Below, piece by piece: positions 10,512 to 20,149 of a stretch of DNA of 64,000 bases. Both the position numbers and the translations under genes were made by a program. The notes under the pieces are model-generated. The model searched no databases. It saw nothing but the letters and a program-made list of their open reading frames with translations, and was not told the origin of the DNA. The DNA lies in the NCBI GenBank assembly GCA_945906935.1, contig CAMDSO010000002.1, positions 36,126-100,125 on the forward strand, read 5' to 3'. How positions within the stretch are numbered: the stretch's first letter is position 1; each line of letters starts with the position of its first letter. The DNA is from Bordetella parapertussis (GTDB taxonomy: Bacteria; Pseudomonadota; Gammaproteobacteria; Burkholderiales; SG8-41).

Positions 10512-11492
10512 ATGCGAACCGCTGTGATCACGAGTGTTGCGTTATGTTCTGCGTTGTCTTTTTCGGTCGTCTACGCGCAGGCACCCAAGGATTATCCAAA
10601 GCGTCCGATACGTATCATCATCACCGTCGCACCAGGCGGTGGCTCGGATATCACCGCGCGTTCGATTGCACAAAAGCTTACCGATGCGTGGGGTCAGCAG
10701 GTGATCGTCGACAACCGGCCCGGCGGCAATGGCATCGTCGGTATGGGCATCGGTGCCAATGCCACGCCCGATGGTTACACGTTGTTGCACGGGACCATCG
10801 GTCCGGTTGCGGTGGCACCGAGTTTATATTCGAAACTACCCTACGATCCTAACAATGGCTTCGAGCCGGTGGCGCGCGGTGTGTCGGCGCTCAACGTGCT
10901 GGTAGTCCACCCTTCGTTGCCGGCGCACTCCGTGAAGGATTTGATCACCTATGCGAAGGCGAATCCGGGCAAGCTTAATTTCGGTTCGTCGGGGGTTGGT
11001 GCCGCCGATCATCTGGCGGGCGAACTTTTTAATATGATGGCCGGTGTGAAGATGTCACATATTCCTTACAAAGGCGGTGCGCCGGCCATGATTGATCTTG
11101 TCGGTGGCAATCTGCAATTGATTTTTGCCACCATGTCGACGGCGCTGACGCAGATCAAGGCCAACCGCATACGCGCGCTGGCGGTCACCTCTTCGAAGCG
11201 CATTGATCACTTTGCGGATTTGCCGACGGTGGCCGAGGCCGGTGTGCCGGGCTTCGCCGTCGACAACTGGTACGGCATGTTGGCACCGCGCGGTACGCCC
11301 AAAGAAATCGTCTACCGCCTGCATGCAGAAATCAACCGTGCGCTGGGCATGAGCGACGTCAAGGATCGGCTCGCCGAGCTGGGTATTTTTCCGTTTACCG
11401 CACCGACCCCCGAAGCCTTTGGTGATTACATCAAATCTGAAATCGCCAAATACGGTCAGATCGTTAAAACCGCCGGCGTGCGGCTCGACTGA
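10512..11492 (+). CDS. Bug/TctC tripartite tricarboxylate transporter substrate-binding protein
   Basis: Signal peptide, YPKRPIR, PGGGSD, DNRPGGNG, PDGYTL, HIPYKGG. Confidence 0.93.
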   Translation: MRTAVITSVALCSALSFSVVYAQAPKDYPKRPIRIIITVAPGGGSDITARSIAQKLTDAWGQQVIVDNRPGGNGIVGMGIGANATPDGYTLLHGTIGPVAVAPSLYSKLPYDPNNGFEPVARGVSALNVLVVHPSLPAHSVKDLITYAKANPGKLNFGSSGVGAADHLAGELFNMMAGVKMSHIPYKGGAPAMIDLVGGNLQLIFATMSTALTQIKANRIRALAVTSSKRIDHFADLPTVAEAGVPGFAVDNWYGMLAPRGTPKEIVYRLHAEINRALGMSDVKDRLAELGIFPFTAPTPEAFGDYIKSEIAKYGQIVKTAGVRLD

Positions 11493-11506
11493 AAAAAATT
11501 GCTGCG

Positions 11507-14500
11507 CTAGCGCGCGGCCAGCGCGAGTTCGATTGAAACGGCTTTGCCATTGGCGTTTTTCAAGGGTTCGCCGGTGGTCAGCGTGACGCGCGCGCCATCG
11601 ATGCCGGCGCCCTTGAGCGTATCAGCGATAGCGGTGGCGCGTTTGCGTGCCAGTTCGCTGAGTGCGTCGGCGGCGAGCGGTTGCGCCGCTGCCAGCCGGC
11701 GGCTCAGCGCACGGTAAAAATCAGCGGTGTCGGTGACCTGCGGTTCGCCGCTGCTCAAACGCCGCATGCGGTCGGTGACACTGACGGCACTTTGTTTGGC
11801 GGCGTCGGCGCCGCCATCTTTCGCCTTGGCTTCGAATTCAGCGCGTATTTTGTCGAGCGCGGCGCTGGAAAAACGTTCTGCAAACAGGCTGCGTGCGGCG
11901 CTGCGGGTGCGCGCGTCGTCGAGGTTCACCGGCCCCGGCGGGTTTTCCTCTTGTATATCGAGTCCGGCGCCACGCCCCAGATCGCGGCGCAAACCGGTAC
12001 GGCGCAGCGCGCGCGTGTCGAGTTCGACATCGTAACGGGCCGGCACCTGCAGTTTTAGTTCGGGACGTTTGCCTAGCGCCTGCACGATACGCGCGAGTTT
12101 TTCGCGCTCCGGTGGCAACAAGCGCGCCGAACCCGGATCAAAGGCGATCTGGCTGATTTCTTCACCCTGGCCGCCGCCAAACAGGCTGCCGATCAGTTTG
12201 AATGGTGCGGTGACGATGCTGGTGAGTATGTTGAAGAGGGCCTGGCGGATCACGCCGCCATAATCGAATTTCGGATCGTCGAGATTACCGCTGATTGGCA
12301 CCGCGAGGTCGATCTTGCCGTCGTCGTCTTTGAGAATGGCGATTGCCAGCCGTAGTGGCAGATTCATGGCGCCGGGCGAATCGACCTGCTCGCCGAGTGT
12401 GAATTGATCGAGTACCAGGCGGTGATTGCCTTCGATCAGGTTGTTGCGCACGCTGTAATTCAGATCCAGCGACATGCGTCCGGAGGCGACCTTGTAGCCC
12501 GCAAAGCGCACCGCGTAGGGCGTGACCTTGGGCACGTCAAGATTGCGGAATTCGAGGCGCACATTGGTGCGGTCGCGCGGCTGGAAGGGATTGAGCGAGC
12601 CGGAGACCCGCGCGAAGCCGTACTCATCAACGCGGCCCTCGATGGCGAGCTGGCTGCGCGTGCTGCGGTCGGTGGAAATGCCGTTGATGGTACCGTTGAA
12701 TTCCTGAATGCCGGTGGCAAAGCCGCCGCCGATGGTTTCATCCGAAAAATCGAGCGCGCCGTCTTTGATCTCGACGCGGCGGATTTGCAGCGCGAAGGCA
12801 TCCTCGCCAGCCGGGTCGGAAGCGGCCGCCGGCGGTGTTGCCGCCGCCGGCGGAGTTGCGGTCGGCGGCGCGGCGGCGGTTTGGCTGGCATTGTTTTGCA
12901 GGGCGCGCCGGAAATTGGTCGTGCGGTCGGCGGCAATCGCGAATTTGCCCGCCGGCGCCTGCCAGTGCAGCGTATCGATTTCAATTTGTGTCGGTGCCGT
13001 CTGCACACGCAGGGTGGTGGTGGCGAGCGATTTCCAGCCGGCCAGCAGCACGCCGGCGGAATCGTTAATCTTCAGGTTGTTGATCCCGGCGCTGCCCTGA
13101 TAAGACAGCGCCGTCTTGGCGCCGCTGGTTTTTAGCTTGCCGGCGAAAGCCATTTCGCCTGAGGCCAGCACAACGTTGGCCTGACGTGCGATTAGCGTTT
13201 GCAGCGGCGTGAGGGTGATCGCCGCGCCGTTGATTTCTGCTTCAACCGCGCCGCCGGGGGCCGCGCGGCCGCGCGCCGACAGCGTGCCGCCGCTGACGAT
13301 GGCGGTGGCGATATCGAAGGCAACCGGCCGCGCGAAATTACTGGTGACATCGCCGAGCTTGATACTGATGTCTTTCAGCGCGGGCGCGAGGTCCAGCGTG
13401 CGGTCGTCGAGCGCCACCGCACCGCCGCTGACTTCAACCTGTTTGACACCGACCAGCCACGGCGCTGACGGGGGTTGGTCCTTCGGCGAAAACAGTTTGA
13501 GCAGATCAAGCTCGCCGTTTTCATCGCGTCTGAGCTTGATGTCGGGGGCCGTCAGCCGCAGCGCGCCGATGTTCACCGCGCGGGCGTTCACATCGAGGCC
13601 GATGCTGTCGAGCGTCAGTGCGGCCAGTGTCACCAACGGTGCGTTGCCGCCGGGCGCTTTTAGCGAGAAGGTTTCGGCAGCAAGTTTCGCGCTGGTGAGT
13701 TCGATGGCTGCTTTGCCGCTTGCCGCCGTAGCCATGGTTAACGCAATCTGGTCGAGTCGCAGGTTGTCGAGGGCAAAGGTTGCCGCGCCGTCGCCGAACG
13801 AGAAGCCTTTGGCGGCGAGTGTCGCGGTTTTTACACTGGTCCGGGGTTTGCTCTCGGTGCCGCTTTCAATATTCAGCGTGATTTCGCCCAGTTGCAGGCT
13901 GTCGAGGGCCACCGCAGTCTGACCCGAGGTTGCGGCCGCGCTGCCGAAGGCGAAGCCTCTGACCGCCAACGCGCTGCTTTTTACATCGATTAGCGGGGCG
14001 CCTTCCGCTTGCGCCTTGAAGTCGACCGCCAGATCGTCGAGGTTGAGGGCGGCGAGTTTGATCGAGGGCTGATCCGCGCTCGCGCCGTCGAGGGCGAAGG
14101 ACTCGATCGAGAGTTTGCCATTGCGCACGGTGAGCTGCGGTTTGCCCGAGGTGAGCGCGAATTCATAGGGCAGCTCAACACTGACGCGGCCGCTGCTGAG
14201 GGTGCCCGGCAGACTGTTTTTCAGCAGCGGTTGCAGTTCCGCCAGCGCGCTGTGTTCGAGTGCCAGCGTGCCGTTGGCCGCCAGCGGTGTCACCGAGGCC
14301 TCGCCCTGCCATTTGAGTGTGGCGCCGCCAGGCGTGGTGGCGGTCAGTGCATACGGGCCTTTGTTTTCGCTGAAGGTCGACAGCGCGGAGAGTTTGAACG
14401 AAAGCTCTTCGAAGCGGTTTTTGTAGCCGACCCGTTCGTCTGCAAAAGACAGGCTGCCGTTGTTGATGTCGAGTTCGCCGATCGCAAACCGTGGCGGTGA

Positions 14501-14953
14501 CGCCGGTTTCGCGGGTTGCGCCTGCGCTGCGTCCGCTTGCTTGCCGCCCAGCGCGGCGAGATTGAGGCTGCCGTCGGCGGTGATGCCGATATGTAGCGCC
14601 GGTGTTTGCAGCCGGATCGCACCCAGTACCACGGCCCGTTGGGCGATCGAGCGCCATTCCAGATCAATCAGCGCGCGCTTGAAGGAAACCAGCGGCCGGC
14701 CGTCCTGTTCGGTCAGCGCGAAGTCGTTGGCCTCCAGCGTCAGGGTGAACGGATTGAAACGGATCGCGCCGATTTGCGCCGGGCGATGCAGTTGTTGTTC
14801 GAGCAGGCGCGGCAGTTCGCGTTGTGCATACCACGGCAGGAGGACAAAGCCGCCCAGCGTGTAGAGCAAGGCGAGAGCGGCAGCAGCGGCGGCAGCGATG
14901 AGGGCGAGTTTCCGCGGCAGGCGGAGCAGGCGGGAGGTGGGCTTTTTTTCCAT
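11507..14953 (-). CDS. DUF748-type (AsmA-like) envelope protein
   Basis: N-terminal TM anchor, FNPFTL, beta-rich repeats, LPLRLAIAILKDDDGKIDLAVPISGNLDDPKF, C-terminal OmpA-like AFDPGS/LARKRA. Confidence 0.85.
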   Translation of the reverse strand: MEKKPTSRLLRLPRKLALIAAAAAAALALLYTLGGFVLLPWYAQRELPRLLEQQLHRPAQIGAIRFNPFTLTLEANDFALTEQDGRPLVSFKRALIDLEWRSIAQRAVVLGAIRLQTPALHIGITADGSLNLAALGGKQADAAQAQPAKPASPPRFAIGELDINNGSLSFADERVGYKNRFEELSFKLSALSTFSENKGPYALTATTPGGATLKWQGEASVTPLAANGTLALEHSALAELQPLLKNSLPGTLSSGRVSVELPYEFALTSGKPQLTVRNGKLSIESFALDGASADQPSIKLAALNLDDLAVDFKAQAEGAPLIDVKSSALAVRGFAFGSAAATSGQTAVALDSLQLGEITLNIESGTESKPRTSVKTATLAAKGFSFGDGAATFALDNLRLDQIALTMATAASGKAAIELTSAKLAAETFSLKAPGGNAPLVTLAALTLDSIGLDVNARAVNIGALRLTAPDIKLRRDENGELDLLKLFSPKDQPPSAPWLVGVKQVEVSGGAVALDDRTLDLAPALKDISIKLGDVTSNFARPVAFDIATAIVSGGTLSARGRAAPGGAVEAEINGAAITLTPLQTLIARQANVVLASGEMAFAGKLKTSGAKTALSYQGSAGINNLKINDSAGVLLAGWKSLATTTLRVQTAPTQIEIDTLHWQAPAGKFAIAADRTTNFRRALQNNASQTAAAPPTATPPAAATPPAAASDPAGEDAFALQIRRVEIKDGALDFSDETIGGGFATGIQEFNGTINGISTDRSTRSQLAIEGRVDEYGFARVSGSLNPFQPRDRTNVRLEFRNLDVPKVTPYAVRFAGYKVASGRMSLDLNYSVRNNLIEGNHRLVLDQFTLGEQVDSPGAMNLPLRLAIAILKDDDGKIDLAVPISGNLDDPKFDYGGVIRQALFNILTSIVTAPFKLIGSLFGGGQGEEISQIAFDPGSARLLPPEREKLARIVQALGKRPELKLQVPARYDVELDTRALRRTGLRRDLGRGAGLDIQEENPPGPVNLDDARTRSAARSLFAERFSSAALDKIRAEFEAKAKDGGADAAKQSAVSVTDRMRRLSSGEPQVTDTADFYRALSRRLAAAQPLAADALSELARKRATAIADTLKGAGIDGARVTLTTGEPLKNANGKAVSIELALAAR

Positions 14954-15031
14954 GTTTTGAATTCTAGCCTTTTCTTGTCTTTTCTAGGAATACTGCGACA
15001 GCAGCCGTGCCGGCAGCACTACGACAAGGTC

Positions 15032-15949
15032 TTAACGCGTCAGCGTGACCATCAAGAGACCGGCGGCCAGCATGCCCATGCCGGTGATTTCGCGTTGGGT
15101 GATTTTTTCGCGGAAGATGCGTTGTGACACCGCGTAAACAAACACCAGTTCGATCAAGGCCAGCGTGCGCACGTGCGCGATTGGTTCGATGGCCACCGCG
15201 GTAAACCAGCCGATCGAGGCGGTCGCACCCATGCAGCCGGCGAACAATGACGGGCGCCAGGCGCGGAAGATCAAGGTCAGGGTGCCGGCGCGGCGAGCCA
15301 GCAACCAGCCACCGAGGGCAAAGGTTTGCACGCTTTGCGCGATCGCCAGAATGATGGCCGCCGCCAGCAGGAAATGTGTTTCCGGCACCGACAGCGCGGC
15401 GGCGCGGTTGCACACACCGCTGAAGGCAAAGCAGGCACCACTGCCCACACCAAGCAGAGCGCTGCGGCTGGTCAATCCTTCGAGCATGGCGCGCAGCGGG
15501 CGTTGCGGATCGGCTGGCGCCAGCAGCATCACGCCCAGCGTGCCGATGCCGATCGCCAGCGCCACGCCTGCCGCCACTGACTCGCCGAGGATCAGAAAGG
15601 CAAATAGCGCGACCAGAATCGCATCGGTTTTGGAGTAGGCGATGCCGAGTGCGAAGTTGCGCTCCTCCATGACTTGCAAGAGCAGCGCGGCGGCGGTCAA
15701 TTGGCTGGCTGCGCCAAGCAACGCCCAGCCGACGAACACCGGCGTCAATGCGGGCCAGCTGTAAGCGCCATACAGACTGACCGCCGCCAGCCAGGCCAGC
15801 GTGAACGGCAGGCCGTAGAGAAAGCGCACCAGGGTCGCACCCAGCGTGCCAAGTGTCGCCGTAAGTTGGCGTTGCGCAGCGTTGCGGAAGGTCTGCGCGA
15901 GGGCCGCGCCGATGGTCAGCGCGATCCACAACCAGTCCGGCGCGGTCAA
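15032..15949 (-). CDS. DMT/EamA-family inner membrane transporter
   Basis: About 10 hydrophobic segments, AQTFRNAAQ, ATLVRFLYGLPF; TTG start. Confidence 0.8.
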   Translation of the reverse strand: MTAPDWLWIALTIGAALAQTFRNAAQRQLTATLGTLGATLVRFLYGLPFTLAWLAAVSLYGAYSWPALTPVFVGWALLGAASQLTAAALLLQVMEERNFALGIAYSKTDAILVALFAFLILGESVAAGVALAIGIGTLGVMLLAPADPQRPLRAMLEGLTSRSALLGVGSGACFAFSGVCNRAAALSVPETHFLLAAAIILAIAQSVQTFALGGWLLARRAGTLTLIFRAWRPSLFAGCMGATASIGWFTAVAIEPIAHVRTLALIELVFVYAVSQRIFREKITQREITGMGMLAAGLLMVTLTR

Positions 15950-16024
15950 CGCCGTGTTCCGTGCGGGTTGGCTGCGGAGTCAGCGGCGGGCATGCGTGTG
16001 AGGCGGCGGTGGCTGCGGGCTAAT

Positions 16025-16780
16025 TTAGCCGCGGCCGACGAACGGCATCTTCGAGGCCATGATGGTCATGAACTGGATATTCACATCGAGCGGCAGCCCG
16101 GCCATATGCACTACCGCATCGGCGACCCGGTTCACATCCATCATCGCTTCGACCTTCACCGTGCCGTCGGCCTGCTTGACGCCGGTGGACATGCGTTTGG
16201 CCAATTCAGTCAGCGCGTTGCCGATGTCGATCTGGCTGCAGGCGATGTCGTATTGGCGGCCGTCGAGGGAGATTGATTTGGTGAGTCCCGTTACCGCGTG
16301 TTTGGTTGCGGTATAGGGCGCCGAGTCGGGACGCGGCGCGTGCGCCGAGATCGAGCCGTTGTTGATGATGCGGCCACCGCGCGGGCTTTGCTCTTTCATC
16401 ATGCGATAGGCGGCCTGCGCGCAGAGAAACATGCCGGTCAGATTGACGTCGACCACCGACTGCCATTTCTCGTAGGTCAGGTCTTCAAACAAAATCCCCG
16501 GCGCGTTGGCGCCGGCGTTGTTGAACAGCACGTCGATGCGGCCGTAGGCGTCACGGGTTTTGCTGAACAGCGCATTGACTGAATCGGGTTTGCTGACATC
16601 GGTGGGCAGCGGCAGGGCGCGCGAACCGGCGCCGGATTCGGCGGCGGTTTGTGCGAGCAGTTCAGCACGGCGGCCGGCGAGACCGACGCAGTAACCGGCG
16701 CTGAGTAGCGCGAGTGCGGTGGCTTTGCCGATGCCGCTGCCGGCGCCAGTGACGATGGCGACTTTGTTCGATGTGCTCAT
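16025..16780 (-). CDS. Short-chain dehydrogenase/reductase
   Basis: [12 protein letters not shown], catalytic YTATK. Confidence 0.92.
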   Translation of the reverse strand: MSTSNKVAIVTGAGSGIGKATALALLSAGYCVGLAGRRAELLAQTAAESGAGSRALPLPTDVSKPDSVNALFSKTRDAYGRIDVLFNNAGANAPGILFEDLTYEKWQSVVDVNLTGMFLCAQAAYRMMKEQSPRGGRIINNGSISAHAPRPDSAPYTATKHAVTGLTKSISLDGRQYDIACSQIDIGNALTELAKRMSTGVKQADGTVKVEAMMDVNRVADAVVHMAGLPLDVNIQFMTIMASKMPFVGRG

Positions 16781-16917
16781 GGGAATTCCATCGGTAAATT
16801 GAACGAGGCGCAGATGATACTCCGCGGCGCCTGTGTTTCGGCTGCGCGCGCGTTGTCAGCATGCGGACGATGCGGTAGCCTTCGGCTAGAAATTATTGGT
16901 ATTGCATGCGCTGTACG

Positions 16918-17023
16918 CCCCCGCCCCAACCCGCCCCCGCGCATCGCATGCGCGGGGGCGGGCGGCGAAATGATGGCCGTGTTTATGGCTTGCCTTCCCC
17001 TGCGCTCGCAGAGGAAGGCAAGC
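16918..17023. repeat. Two GC-rich intergenic hairpins (REP-like)
   Basis: Perfect 15-bp stem 16930-16944/16948-16962; 16-bp stem with 1 mismatch 16988-17003/17008-17023. Confidence 0.55.
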
Positions 17024-17175
17024 GCGACGTGGCGATTGCGACGCAACTGAGGCGGGAGAAATTGCTGGTGGCGCTTCCCACAGACGGCTGGCTTTGCCGG
17101 TTAAGGGGCAGCACCCGAAGATGGGGGCAAGCGCATGCTTTTCGAATGGTCATTCCCGAACCTGGAGTATTCGCA

Positions 17176-18876
17176 ATGCCCGGCAGTTTTGATTACATAG
17201 TCATCGGCGCAGGTGTCGCCGGTTGCGTCACCGCCAGCCGCTTGTCCGAACGTTCATCCTGCAGCGTATTGCTGCTCGAAGCTGGTCGCGATTTCGCGCC
17301 GGGCAGCGAGCCCGTCGATGTGCGCGACAACTATCCGTCGTCCTACTACAACAAGTCGTATGTCTGGCCCGAACTCAAGGCGCATTGGCTGACGGCGAAG
17401 GATGGTGCGCCGACCGGTTTTCCGCAGGGTCGCGTGATGGGCGGTGGTGGTTCGGTGATGGGCATGGTGGCACTGCGCGGCACGCCGGCCGATTACGCCG
17501 AGTGGGCCGCCGCCGGTGCCAGCGGCTGGGACTGGGACGGCGTGTTGCCCTTCTATCGCAAAATGGAAACGGACTGGGACGTAAAAAGCGGGGATTTCAA
17601 AAAAGAACTGCACGGCGATGCCGGGCCGATTCCGCTGCGCCGCCTGCCGCGCGAACAATGGCCGCCGTTGACGCGCACGCTCTACGATTACGCCGCCGCG
17701 CATGACATTCCCTATGTCGCCGACATGAATGGCGATTTCCGCGACGGTTATTGCTCGGTGCCAATGACCAACACGCCGCAGCAGCGCGTCTCGAGTGCGA
17801 TGGCCTATTTGACGCCCGAGGTGCGCCGGCGCCCCAACCTCACCATCACCGCGTTGGCCGTCGTGCGCAAAATCAATTTTGACGGCACGCGTGTCACCGG
17901 TGTCACCGCGCTGATCGATGGCGCCGAACAAACCTTCCATGCGCGTGAAGTCATCGTCTGCGGTGGCGGCGTGTTTTCGCCGACGCTGCTGATGCGTAAC
18001 GGCATCGGTGCGGCCGAAGAATTGCGTGCGCTGGGTATTGATGTGGTGGCCGACCGGCCCGGCGTGGGTGCGAATTTACAGAACCACGCCATCCTGTTTG
18101 TCGGCTTTCATTTGAATCGCGAAGCGCGACAGCCGCCTGCGCTCAACACCCATGTGACCTCGGCGTTTCGGTATTCGTCGGGGGTGGCCGGTTGTGCGCC
18201 CGCCGACCTCTATATCAACGTGCAGAGCAAGACGTCATGGAATGCGCTCGGCCAGCAGATCGGCAACCTCGCGCCCTCTCTGTTGCGGCCGATGTCGCGC
18301 GGCCGCATTACGCTGCGCGCGAAGGACGCCGCGGTGCATCCGCTGATTGAATTTAATTTCCTCGGCGATCCGCGCGATCTCGAGCGCCTCACCATGGTCT
18401 ATGAACGCACGCTGCAGATCATCGCCTGGGAGCGTGTGCGCGCGCTGATGGGTACGCCGTTTCCGGTGCGCTTCACTGACAAGTTGCGCCAGTTGAACGA
18501 GCTTAATCGCAAAAACGCTGTGAAGACTTCGATGATCGCGAGCATGCTCAACATCGTGCCGGGCCTGAGCGATTTCGCCCTCGGCTTGCTGACCGGCAAG
18601 CGCATCGATCTGGTGGCGCTGGCGCGCGATCGCGAGCACCTTAAAGCGCATGTGCGCGACAATATCGCCGGTATGTTTCACCCTGCGGGTTCCTGCCGCA
18701 TGGGGCGCGCTGATGACCGTCACGCGGTGGTTGATGCGGCCGGCCGTGTGCATGGCGTTGCCGGACTGCGGGTGGTGGATGCCTCGGTGATGCCCAACCT
18801 GATCGCCGGTAATACCAATGTGCCGGTAATCATGGTCGCCGAGAAGATGGCGGCGGCAATCCTTGCCGGGGCGTGA
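17176..18876 (+). CDS. GMC-family FAD oxidoreductase, HmfH/HMF-oxidase-like
   Basis: DYIVIGAGVAG, GRVMGGGGS, GVGANLQNH, FHPAGSCRMG, VDASVMP, NTNVPVIMVAEK; GGAG SD before 17176. Confidence 0.88.
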   Translation: MPGSFDYIVIGAGVAGCVTASRLSERSSCSVLLLEAGRDFAPGSEPVDVRDNYPSSYYNKSYVWPELKAHWLTAKDGAPTGFPQGRVMGGGGSVMGMVALRGTPADYAEWAAAGASGWDWDGVLPFYRKMETDWDVKSGDFKKELHGDAGPIPLRRLPREQWPPLTRTLYDYAAAHDIPYVADMNGDFRDGYCSVPMTNTPQQRVSSAMAYLTPEVRRRPNLTITALAVVRKINFDGTRVTGVTALIDGAEQTFHAREVIVCGGGVFSPTLLMRNGIGAAEELRALGIDVVADRPGVGANLQNHAILFVGFHLNREARQPPALNTHVTSAFRYSSGVAGCAPADLYINVQSKTSWNALGQQIGNLAPSLLRPMSRGRITLRAKDAAVHPLIEFNFLGDPRDLERLTMVYERTLQIIAWERVRALMGTPFPVRFTDKLRQLNELNRKNAVKTSMIASMLNIVPGLSDFALGLLTGKRIDLVALARDREHLKAHVRDNIAGMFHPAGSCRMGRADDRHAVVDAAGRVHGVAGLRVVDASVMPNLIAGNTNVPVIMVAEKMAAAILAGA

Positions 18877-18907
18877 TCTTGATCTCGCTGCGCCAAGAGG
18901 GCTGTGT

Positions 18908-19996
18908 ATGCTGAACAAGACCTGGTTTGGTTTGCCGTTATGGAGCGTGCTCGCACCGCTGGTGGCGTGCGCGACGTTAGTGCTCGCCTGGGGGCCGGCT
19001 CCCGGTGCGTTATTAATCGCACTGGTGGCGGCGGTGTTGATTGCCGCTGTTCTGGTGGCCGTCCATCACGCCGAAGTGATCGCCCATCGCATCGGCGAAC
19101 CGCTGGGCACGCTGGTGCTGGCGGTGGCGGTGACGGTGATCGAGGTGGCCTTGATCGTCTCGATGATGCTGTCGGGCGGCGAGGGCGCCGGTGCGTTGGC
19201 CCGTGACACCGTGTTTGCGGCAGTGATGATCGTTTGTAACGGCGTCATCGGTCTGTGTCTGGTGGCCGGCGGTATGCGTCACCGGGTGCTGACCTTCCGC
19301 ATCGATGGCACCGGTCCGGCGCTGTCGGTGCTGGCGGCGCTGTCAACGCTGACCCTCGTCGTGCCCGCTTACACGCTGACCACCCCGGGGCCGTTTTTGT
19401 CCAATGCGCAGCTGTTGTTTGTCGGCGTGGCGTCACTCGCGCTCTATGCGGTGTTCGTCTTTGTGCAGACGGTGCGCCACCGCGATTACTTCCTGCCGCT
19501 GGAGCCCGACGCCGAACACGATCACGCGCCGCCGCCAAGCACAGTCACTGCGGTTGCCAGTGCCGTGCTGCTGTTCATCAGCCTGATCACGGTCGTGGGC
19601 CTGGCCAAGCTGCTGGCACCAGCGATTCAAAGCGGCGTTGAAAGCGCCGGTGCGCCGTTGGCGGTGGTGGGGATTGCGATTGCCTTGCTGGTATTGTTGC
19701 CGGAAACCTGGGCGGCAGTCCGCGCCGCCGTCTGTAATCGTATGCAGACCAGTTTGAATCTCGCCCTGGGTTCGGTGTTGGCGACCATCGGTTTGACGAT
19801 ACCGACGGTGGCGGCGGTGTCGATTGCGATCGGACTACCGCTGGAACTGGGGCTGGCACCGAAAGAGGCGGTGATGCTTGCACTCACCTTGTTTATCAGT
19901 GCGATTACGCTGGCTACCGGTCGCGCCACTATCATGCAGGGCGCCGTGCATCTGGTGCTGTTTGCGGCTTTTCTTTTTCTCGCCATCGTGCCCTGA
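18908..19996 (+). CDS. Ca2+/H+ antiporter (ChaA/CaCA family)
   Basis: HHAEVIAHRIGEPLGTLVLAVAVTVIE, ARDTVFAAVMI, LVLLPE, SLNLALGS. Confidence 0.88.
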   Translation: MLNKTWFGLPLWSVLAPLVACATLVLAWGPAPGALLIALVAAVLIAAVLVAVHHAEVIAHRIGEPLGTLVLAVAVTVIEVALIVSMMLSGGEGAGALARDTVFAAVMIVCNGVIGLCLVAGGMRHRVLTFRIDGTGPALSVLAALSTLTLVVPAYTLTTPGPFLSNAQLLFVGVASLALYAVFVFVQTVRHRDYFLPLEPDAEHDHAPPPSTVTAVASAVLLFISLITVVGLAKLLAPAIQSGVESAGAPLAVVGIAIALLVLLPETWAAVRAAVCNRMQTSLNLALGSVLATIGLTIPTVAAVSIAIGLPLELGLAPKEAVMLALTLFISAITLATGRATIMQGAVHLVLFAAFLFLAIVP

Positions 19997-20149
19997 GCGC
20001 AGCGTCCTGCCGGGCGTTCGATCCAGGGCAAGGAAGTGTAAGCGTCCGCTTGTGTTGCCACACCGTGCCGGCTTGGTTAAGCTGGCGTTGCAGAAAAACA
20101 CGCCGGTCCCGCCGGTGTTTCAGGGTTTTCCAATCAGGAGGAAATAGTC

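Noticed and set aside
16906-17175. N-terminal extensions given by the ORF track, here for the GMC gene and likewise for higA, pcp, pepE, ftsI and several Bug genes
   Set aside because: Homology and SD motifs start at downstream codons, and the extensions are low-information sequence.
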